The position numbers and the translations under genes are program-made. A stretch of DNA of 64,000 nt, taken from IMG/VR virus record IMGVR_UViG_3300027851_000025. One strand, given 5' to 3'. Positions 57,319 to 64,000 of the stretch are shown here, one piece after another. The notes under the pieces were generated by a model, which had not been told where the DNA came from, did no database searches, and saw only the letters and a program-made list of their open reading frames with translations. Position 1 is the first letter of the stretch. Each line of letters opens with the position of its first letter. This DNA comes from an uncultured virus (IMG/VR IMGVR_UViG_3300027851_000025) (lineage: Duplodnaviria > Heunggongvirae > Uroviricota > Caudoviricetes).

Positions 57319-57419
57319 AGGGAGAGAGAGATTGGCAAAAGATTTTCAATAAGCGCCTGCTCTCCTTCTGGAACTATACAAATAATGAATTTAACATCCC
57401 ATTTGCTTTTGAGGAATCA
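57284..57419 (+). pseudogene. mini-module 4, frameshifted at (GA)5; its +1 frame is continuous with the DpdA-like ORF
   Basis: MKINFAGTPGTRGRER stops at 57352; +1 frame gives DWQKIFNKRLLSFW...MKNKIDIFLDSGAF. Confidence 0.72.
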
Positions 57420-58313
57420 ATGAAAAACAAAATTGACATCTTTCTCGACTCCGGGGCCTTTTCCGCATTCACTCAGAATGTTCAAATCGACATCGAAGAA
57501 TACATTGCCTTCATCAAGGAACACCAGTCGAATCTGGAAGTATATGCCAATCTAGATGTTATAGGTTCGCCGAAAGGGACCTGGATGAATCAGAAGATCA
57601 TGGAGCGTGCCGGCCTGAATCCCCTCCCCTGTTTCCACTACGGGGAGGATCTGAAGTGGCTCCACAGATATCTGAATACCGGGTATGAGTATATTGCCCT
57701 TGGAGGCATGGTTCCGATCTCGACCCGTGATCTCATTAAGTGGTTGGATACCCTCTTTGCAGAGCACTTGACCGACTCCAATGGTTTCCCGATAATCAAG
57801 GTCCATGGCTTCGGCTTGACCAGCTTGACTCTCATGCTTCGCTACCCTTGGTTCAGTGTCGACAGTACTTCCTGGGTTATGACCGGTAGAATGGGCTCTA
57901 TCTACGTTCCCAAGCGAACCAAGGGGCAATGGTCATATCATGAGGAAGCGGTGAAAATAGCCGTATCTACGCGCTCTCCGAGCAAGAAGGATGCCAACCA
58001 GCATATCTCCACCCTATCCCCGAAAAGAAGGCAGGTCATCCTCGATTACTTGGACGAAAAAGGATATGCCCTTGGGTCCTCCAGGTTTCGGAAAGAGTCC
58101 GAGAAATACGAGCTCAAAGAGAATGAACGATGGGATGGCAAGGCTGTAAATGGAAAGAGGGGCGTGGAGGAAGTCATCGAACCGGGAATCAGCAATGACT
58201 ACAAACTCAGGGACGAGATGAACATTATCTATTTCCTCGATCTGGAAAAGTCCTTTCCGCCGTATCCCCGGCAATTTCAGGTCAAGAAGAGAGTGGGGTT
58301 GAAAGGACTATGA
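57420..58313 (+). CDS. dpdA: TGT/DpdA-like 7-deazaguanine transglycosylase core
   Basis: FLDSGAFS, LDVIG, P.FH.GE, ALGG, VHGFG.T, SVDSTSW; GAGG RBS; adjacent preQ0 genes. Confidence 0.75.
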   Translation: MKNKIDIFLDSGAFSAFTQNVQIDIEEYIAFIKEHQSNLEVYANLDVIGSPKGTWMNQKIMERAGLNPLPCFHYGEDLKWLHRYLNTGYEYIALGGMVPISTRDLIKWLDTLFAEHLTDSNGFPIIKVHGFGLTSLTLMLRYPWFSVDSTSWVMTGRMGSIYVPKRTKGQWSYHEEAVKIAVSTRSPSKKDANQHISTLSPKRRQVILDYLDEKGYALGSSRFRKESEKYELKENERWDGKAVNGKRGVEEVIEPGISNDYKLRDEMNIIYFLDLEKSFPPYPRQFQVKKRVGLKGL

Positions 58314-58495
58314 AAGTATTTCTTGCGACTTGGGTTTTGGAGCCTTCCCAGGGTCAGACCTTGACAAAGATGGAGGCTGGCAATAGGCTTTTGAGTTACT
58401 TCCATACCAAGCAGAAAGAAGAGGTCTTTTCCGTATATTGTAGACGAGGTGTAAATGAAGATATATCTGGCAGGAAACGGGGCAATGCCAAGTGA
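58310..58495 (+). CDS. mini-module 5, intact
   Basis: MKVFLAT...NRLLSYFH. Confidence 0.7.
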   Translation: MKVFLATWVLEPSQGQTLTKMEAGNRLLSYFHTKQKEEVFSVYCRRGVNEDISGRKRGNAK

Positions 58496-58650
58496 AGAGA
58501 GAGAGAGTATATTCAGAAAAAGAATGCTTCTTTATTCATCAGCGCCTCTTCTCTTTCTTTGAAATTCAGCCTGGAAGATTTGCCCACTCTCAATGGAATT
58601 GGATAATCCAAAACAAGGGGAAAATTCATGAAGAGGATCGAGGATGTTAA
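58455..58650 (+). pseudogene. mini-module 6, frameshifted at (AG)6 (58496-58507)
   Basis: MKIYLAGNGAMPSEERE; +1 frame gives VYSEKECFFIHQRLFSFFE. Confidence 0.7.
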
Positions 58651-59218
58651 AACTGGGATGGTAAGAAGAAAAAACGTTACTTCCTATTTCGAAAGGGAAC
58701 TTACCAAAAGAGGGAAAGGATATATCAAAGCTATTGGACCATCATTTATCGAAGAAGAATTAACCCCAAAACAAATACATGATCTCAATCTTCCGACAAA
58801 TAGAACCTTGAGAAATAATTCAAACAGTCTTGGTTTGACCTGGCAGTTTAAGAATGAAATAACCAGAATCAGCAGACTCGTTGAAATAAGAGAATATGGG
58901 GATAATTATTTGAAATCACCATCTATTTATAATGGTGATATTGATAAAGCGTATGATTTCTTTAGTCCACATATTTTCCTGGTAGTGGAATATGATAATG
59001 AAAATAACCCATGTAAATTTAGTAACTTAGTAGAAGTAGGAAGTATCCCAAAGAAAATGTTTTACTTTTCCGAATCAAAAGGGAATCGAAATCGAATAAA
59101 TATAAAAGGATTCTCCAGATATTTTACTATGTATAAAATGAGCAAACACCGGAGTGGTATTTTGAATCGGCCAGATGTAATCGATCAACTGGATATTATC
59201 CTTTCCGGTAAAGAATGA
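58628..59218 (+). CDS. AT-rich hypothetical protein, possible PD-(D/E)xK/DUF559-like nuclease
   Basis: YDFF....FLVVEYD pattern only. Confidence 0.4.
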   Translation: MKRIEDVKTGMVRRKNVTSYFERELTKRGKGYIKAIGPSFIEEELTPKQIHDLNLPTNRTLRNNSNSLGLTWQFKNEITRISRLVEIREYGDNYLKSPSIYNGDIDKAYDFFSPHIFLVVEYDNENNPCKFSNLVEVGSIPKKMFYFSESKGNRNRINIKGFSRYFTMYKMSKHRSGILNRPDVIDQLDIILSGKE

Positions 59219-59388
59219 AAATCTATCTAGCCAGCACCGCTCCAGGAACGGAAGGAACTGAAAAAAACCAGTTGATCTCCATCCCAATTCCAAAGCGCCT
59301 GCTCTCTTATCACCATATCAAATTCAATCAGTTCGGAACCCGGGTCGTCTTTAATGCCTTAACCACAAGGAGGAACAAAACCAAATGA
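59215..59388 (+). CDS. mini-module 7, intact (57 aa, not in ORF track)
   Basis: MKIYLASTAPGT...KRLLSYHH; ATGA overlaps at both ends. Confidence 0.75.
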   Translation: MKIYLASTAPGTEGTEKNQLISIPIPKRLLSYHHIKFNQFGTRVVFNALTTRRNKTK

Positions 59389-60392
59389 AAATCAATCTGT
59401 CGCAATTCAAGGAAGTTCTTGGCAAGGTCAAGCCAGGCTTGTCAAGCGGTAAGGAGACTACAGAGCAGTCCGACTGCTTCGTATTCCACAAGAACCGGAT
59501 CTTCACCTACAACGACGAGATTTCAGTCAGCTGCCCCTGGGAATCCCCGATTGAAGGTGCCGTCCCGAGTAAGGAGCTTCTGGCCCTGGTCAATAAGTTG
59601 TCGGCTGAAGAAGTAGAAATGAACATGGAGAATGGGGAGCTCAGGATCAAGTCAGGCCGATCCAAGTCAGGGCTGGTAGTTCAAGCAGACATCCACATGC
59701 CCATCGACGAGATCGTGATGCCAAAGAAGTTTAGTCCACTTCCCAAGAACTTCACTGCCGGCCTGAAGTCATGCGTCTTCTCTGCTTCCAACGATTTCAG
59801 TTTTCCGATCCTCACGGTCGTCCATTGCCTGGATTCTTGGATGGAGTCTACGGATAACGATCGGGCAACCAGATGGGAGTTGAGCAAACAGTGGTTCAAG
59901 AAGCCGGTCCTGATCCCGGTCGTCGCCGCCAAGGCTTTGTCTGGGTATTCAGATGTAAAAGCCTATCACGACGATGGGAGTTGGGTCCACTTCCAGATTG
60001 GGGATTCCTTGGTATTCAGCTGCCGGACCATTGATGGGGATTTCCCTGACATTGGAGGATACTTCAAGACCGATGGGTATGAGCTGGAGTTCCCTAGCTC
60101 CACCCTGGATATCCTTAGCAGGGCCGGTATATTCGTGGAAGCCGACAACTCTGAGAAGCTGGTCCACGTCTCGGTGAATGAGAAGGGGGTTATGGAGATC
60201 AAGGCTCAGTCGGATCATGGTTGGTATAATGAAACCATTCGATTGAAAGCAGCGCCAAAAACAGCCCTGGCATTCTCCATTCATCCCGACTATCTGTCAC
60301 AGATACTCAGCTCCACCGGGAAAGCCACTATTGGTGAAAAGCTGGTATTGTTTGAGACAGAGAACTTCAAACATGTAATTGCCTTGGAATAG
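59385..60392 (+). CDS. dnaN: DNA polymerase III beta sliding clamp-like protein
   Basis: 335 aa; P.LT.V, STD..R, RTIDG.FP; three-domain beta-clamp pattern. Confidence 0.75.
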   Translation: MKINLSQFKEVLGKVKPGLSSGKETTEQSDCFVFHKNRIFTYNDEISVSCPWESPIEGAVPSKELLALVNKLSAEEVEMNMENGELRIKSGRSKSGLVVQADIHMPIDEIVMPKKFSPLPKNFTAGLKSCVFSASNDFSFPILTVVHCLDSWMESTDNDRATRWELSKQWFKKPVLIPVVAAKALSGYSDVKAYHDDGSWVHFQIGDSLVFSCRTIDGDFPDIGGYFKTDGYELEFPSSTLDILSRAGIFVEADNSEKLVHVSVNEKGVMEIKAQSDHGWYNETIRLKAAPKTALAFSIHPDYLSQILSSTGKATIGEKLVLFETENFKHVIALE

Positions 60393-60426
60393 AATAAACA
60401 AACCCATTAAACAGGAGAAATCAACC

Positions 60427-60720
60427 ATGAAGCATGCCAGAACCGACTACGACTGTATCCAGGACCCATCCGGCAAGATCGCTGAAGACGAACCTGTATT
60501 CCTTCTTCGTGCCAAGGATAAGATTGCTCCCACCATCGTCAGGGCCTGGGCAAAGCATTTGAAGCTAAATGGAGGGGATTGGCGGACCGCCAATAGGGCA
60601 ATGGATTGGGCAAACGAAATGGAGAAGTGGCAGAAAACGAATGGATCGAAGATGCCGGATACTCCCAAGGAATTGATTCCCGAGTTTCCTGCCGGCCAAG
60701 TCAACGATCACTTCTGCTGA
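60427..60720 (+). CDS. small conserved phage protein
   Basis: DEPVFLLRAKD..AP..V..WA; AGGAG RBS. Confidence 0.65.
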   Translation: MKHARTDYDCIQDPSGKIAEDEPVFLLRAKDKIAPTIVRAWAKHLKLNGGDWRTANRAMDWANEMEKWQKTNGSKMPDTPKELIPEFPAGQVNDHFC

Positions 60721-61250
60721 GATCGATCGTGAGTTTATTCCGGATTGAACAATTAGCAGGGGAGGCAGAAAAAGTCCTCCCCTGCGATATCGAAAAGATT
60801 CAGATCCTCAATACTAAAGAGGAAGTGGACAAATATCTTCTTGAGGTATTGAGGTTAAAGCCAAAGATCATTGCCTTTGATTATCATGGGGTATCCGCCG
60901 GCGGGAAAATCAATATAGTTTGCTGTTCCATGTGCTGGCAGTTGATCAGATCCGTTTCCTGGCAATGGGTTAATACCGACCCCAAACTATTTAGAAAGTT
61001 CCTTGAAAGTAATGATATTGGGAAAACAAGTCAGTATCATAAGCAAGAAATAGAATGGTCGGAAAATAGGTTTAGAAGGACTACAATAAACAACTTAATT
61101 GAATATGATTATCCAGGTATAATAAAGAGGGAGAGAAGGGTTAATGGAAATATGCCAATAGAAAGAATACTGAAAAGTATGGCATTAAACAGTCTATCCA
61201 AATACAAAGTAATAGCCGATCAAATAATAGAACTGGGGATTATAAAATGA
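60606..61250 (+). CDS. degenerate 3'-5' exonuclease-like protein (start uncertain)
   Basis: IAFDY..I.C.S..L....I.K resembles a PolA-type exonuclease but acidic residues appear incomplete. Confidence 0.4.
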   Translation: MGKRNGEVAENEWIEDAGYSQGIDSRVSCRPSQRSLLLRSIVSLFRIEQLAGEAEKVLPCDIEKIQILNTKEEVDKYLLEVLRLKPKIIAFDYHGVSAGGKINIVCCSMCWQLIRSVSWQWVNTDPKLFRKFLESNDIGKTSQYHKQEIEWSENRFRRTTINNLIEYDYPGIIKRERRVNGNMPIERILKSMALNSLSKYKVIADQIIELGIIK

Positions 61251-63940
61251 GTTTTTGCCACCTTCATGTCCATAATGAATACTCAGTTCTTGATGGGGTC
61301 GGAACCTCAAAACAATATGCCACAATCGCAAAAGAACTCGGCCAGACCCATCTTGCCTTAACCAATCATGGGAATGTCGATGGCGCAATAGAACATCAAA
61401 AACAATGCCTTGAAATAGGGATAGAACCGATCATTGGGGCAGAGATGTATCTGGTTCCGGATCTTTCCATTAAAGAAAAGGGAGAAACTCGCTATCACAT
61501 GACCCTGCTGGTGGAGAATCAAACAGGCTGGCGGAACCTCCTACAGCTCTTGACGATCGCCAATATAGATGGGTTTTATCACAGGCCCAGGATCGACCAT
61601 AAGACCTTGATGAAACATCTGGAGGGCCTGGTTGTTATGAGTGCCTGCTCCGCTTCCTTTATCCATCACAAACCTCATACTAAATTCCTCCGGGATTATA
61701 TTGATAGGATCGGAAATAACAGAGTATTCTTGGAAGTAATGCCGCACAAGATCCCGGAGCAGATTGAAACGAATAAGTTGGCCATTTCTCTTTCAAAGAA
61801 ACTCGGAATCCAAGTAGTGGCCACTAATGACTGTCATTATCCAACCTCCAAAGCCACAAAACATCAAGAAGTCCTCCTTGCCATCCAAACCAAAAAGAAG
61901 TGGTCAGACTCCAGCAGATGGAAGTTTAATTGTGATGGCCTTTTCCTCCGGTCAGAACAGGAAATGATTGAAGCATTCCAGGAACAAGATTGTCTATCTG
62001 ATGGCGAAATAAAGAAGGCGATCAGGAGGACAATGACCGTTGCCAACATCTGCCAATCATTCCGAATAGAAAAACAAGAAGTATATCTTCCAAGCATTAA
62101 GAACTTCCCGACAGAAGAAGATGAATTGATCTTTCTGGAAAACTTGGTTTATAGAGGGCTCAAGCGGCGCATCGGGGATCTGCCATACGACGATCTAAAA
62201 GAATACAAAGAAAGAATCGAAATGGAGATGAAGCTGATTATCTCCAAGAAGTTTGTTCGATATTTTCTGATTGTTTGGGATCTTATCAAATGGTGTAAGA
62301 AGAACAATATTATGACCGGCCCAGGGAGAGGTAGCGTCGGTGGATCATTAGTTGCCTATCTTCTATTTATTACCGACTGTGATCCGCTTATATACGGCAC
62401 GGAGTTCTTTCGATTTGTATCTGAGGACCGGAATGACCTCCCGGACATCGATATGGACTTTGAGGATATCAAAAGGCAGGAGGTCAGGAAGTACCTGTCT
62501 GATAAATACGGGGAGTTCAATGTTTCTGGCCTTTCAAACTTCTTGACGATGAAGGGGAAAGGGGTTCTCAGGGACGTTTCCAGAGTATTCGACATCCCCC
62601 TCAAAGAAGTCGATGTAGCGGCGAAAGCCATGGTTGATGGGGAAGATGGGGAGGAGATTTCAAAGTCTTTCAAAGAGGTTGGAGAATGCCGGCGCTTTGG
62701 TCACAAGTATCCAGAAGTGGTCGAGATATGTAAATCAATAGAGGGTCAGATTAGGGGGTATGGCCAACATGCTGCAGGGGTTTGTATTTCCGAAAAGGAC
62801 TTGAGAGAAGGATATAATTGCAATCTTGTTACCCGGTCCAATACCATCGTGGCAAACTGGGATATGCGGAATGCGGAGTATTGCGGTTTGATGAAACTCG
62901 ATATTCTTGGATTGAGTGCCTTAACCATCCTCAATGAATGCCGACGATTGGTAAAGCAAAATCACGATATTGATATAGACTACAAAGCAATTTCATTTGA
63001 TGACAAAAAGGTATTCCAGGAAATCTCCAATGGTCATACTGTTGGGGCATTTCAGATAGGATCTTCTGGCCTGACCAATTATTGTAAAGAGCTTGGGGTT
63101 GATAACTTTGCTATGCTCTATGCAGTGACTGCCCTCTGGAGGCCAGGACCATTGCAGTCCGGGATGACCGAACTCTATGCCAAGAGAAAGAGGGGACAAG
63201 TTAAGATCCAAAAGATCCATCCAATATTCGATAAAATTACTGAAGAGACTTTTGGTGTAATTGTTTATCAGGAACAGGTAATGAAGGTGGTTAATCAACT
63301 GGCAGGAATCCCAATGTCCACCTGTAACAAGATCAGAAAGGTCATGGGAAAGAGTATGGGTCATATTGCCTTTGACAAATACAAAGAAGAATTTCTCCAG
63401 GGATGTAAAAATAACGAAATAAACTGGAAGAAGGCAAACCAAATCTGGGACATGATGTCGAAGTTTGGTGGATACGGATTCAATCTTTCACACTCTGTTG
63501 AATACTCGATGATTACCTATTGGGATATGTGGAGCAAGACATATTATCCCAATGAGTTCTTGGCTGCTTCTCTGACCCTTGGGGATAAGACCAAAAATAT
63601 TATATATATGCAGGAAGCAAAAAGACTGGGTCTCAAGATCAATCTTCCGAAAATAGGCAGATCCGAGGCGGTTAGATGGAATTGTGATGACAAAGGTAAT
63701 TTATATGCCCCTTTCATTTCCATAAACGGCGTTGGAGATGCTACGGCAGAGAAGATTGCTGAGGCAAAAGTAGAGAATAAAAAGAGAAGGGGATTTTTCA
63801 ATCATTTGAAACAAAGCGAGAGGATTCCTGGAGTTGATAAAAATGTAATTGATATCCTCACCAAAATAAAGGCTTTTGATCCTAACCATGAAACCACAAC
63901 CCAAGACCTGAGAGAGTTTAGATCATATTTTATTTTTTAA
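61247..63940 (+). CDS. dnaE: DNA polymerase III alpha subunit
   Basis: HLHVH..YS.LDG (PHP), GPGRGS, PDIDMD, HAAG, KLDILGL, RPGP, YQEQ, YGFN.SH. Confidence 0.96.
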   Translation: MSFCHLHVHNEYSVLDGVGTSKQYATIAKELGQTHLALTNHGNVDGAIEHQKQCLEIGIEPIIGAEMYLVPDLSIKEKGETRYHMTLLVENQTGWRNLLQLLTIANIDGFYHRPRIDHKTLMKHLEGLVVMSACSASFIHHKPHTKFLRDYIDRIGNNRVFLEVMPHKIPEQIETNKLAISLSKKLGIQVVATNDCHYPTSKATKHQEVLLAIQTKKKWSDSSRWKFNCDGLFLRSEQEMIEAFQEQDCLSDGEIKKAIRRTMTVANICQSFRIEKQEVYLPSIKNFPTEEDELIFLENLVYRGLKRRIGDLPYDDLKEYKERIEMEMKLIISKKFVRYFLIVWDLIKWCKKNNIMTGPGRGSVGGSLVAYLLFITDCDPLIYGTEFFRFVSEDRNDLPDIDMDFEDIKRQEVRKYLSDKYGEFNVSGLSNFLTMKGKGVLRDVSRVFDIPLKEVDVAAKAMVDGEDGEEISKSFKEVGECRRFGHKYPEVVEICKSIEGQIRGYGQHAAGVCISEKDLREGYNCNLVTRSNTIVANWDMRNAEYCGLMKLDILGLSALTILNECRRLVKQNHDIDIDYKAISFDDKKVFQEISNGHTVGAFQIGSSGLTNYCKELGVDNFAMLYAVTALWRPGPLQSGMTELYAKRKRGQVKIQKIHPIFDKITEETFGVIVYQEQVMKVVNQLAGIPMSTCNKIRKVMGKSMGHIAFDKYKEEFLQGCKNNEINWKKANQIWDMMSKFGGYGFNLSHSVEYSMITYWDMWSKTYYPNEFLAASLTLGDKTKNIIYMQEAKRLGLKINLPKIGRSEAVRWNCDDKGNLYAPFISINGVGDATAEKIAEAKVENKKRRGFFNHLKQSERIPGVDKNVIDILTKIKAFDPNHETTTQDLREFRSYFIF

Positions 63941-63943
63941 TCC

Positions 63944-63972
63944 TTAACGATTTTATAAAATTTAGGTATAAT
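63944..63972 (+). promoter_or_regulatory. phage promoter TTAACG-N17-TATAAT
   Basis: CCTTAACGA..AGGTATAAT after dnaE. Confidence 0.8.
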
Positions 63973-64000
63973 CTATAAACCAACCAATAAAGAGGAAGAC

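Noticed and set aside
56839..59388. CRISPR array or DNA-level direct repeat array
   Set aside because: DNA similarity is limited to about 15 nt at the start codons; conservation is at the protein level.
39855..63940. Inteins or introns in TerL, DnaB or DnaE
   Set aside because: Protein lengths are normal or short and no splicing motifs are evident.
1..64000. Stop-codon reassignment or prophage boundaries
   Set aside because: Conserved genes are intact in the standard bacterial code; no integrase, att site or host genes were seen.

Overview
This is a 64 kb segment of a tailed dsDNA phage with a siphovirus-like gene set. No integrase, repressor or host flank is visible. It has three blocks. 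(i) 1-9.7 kb, + strand: replication and recombination genes (DnaX, UvsY-like, SSB, RecA, RuvC-like, split SbcC plus SbcD) and two aberrant tRNA-like RNAs. (ii) 9.7-41.9 kb, - strand: the virion and lysis operon from terminase to endolysin. It is interrupted by KdsB, a glycosyl/acetyl/sulfotransferase cassette, envelope-protein morons, and effector-like domains fused to MuF and to the prohead protein. (iii) 41.9-64 kb, + strand: small early genes separated by three hammerhead ribozymes, then a sigma-like factor, SNF2 helicase, primase, initiator with iterons, DnaC, DnaB, a 7-deazaguanine cluster (queD, queE, queC, PRT-folE, yhhQ, dpdA-like), beta clamp and DnaE. The strongest candidate for a new system is seven paralogous ~60-aa mini-genes (MK(I/V)x(L/F)A...RLxS(Y/F)) around the DpdA/TGT-like gene. 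They resemble the N-terminal part of its barrel. Three are out of frame exactly at G or GA/AG simple-sequence tracts, and one would fuse to DpdA when switched on. This suggests a phase-variable, interchangeable N-terminal module system for DNA modification. The second candidate is a CMP-Kdo/ulosonate virion glycosylation pathway. All product calls come from motif recognition by eye; no searches were run.
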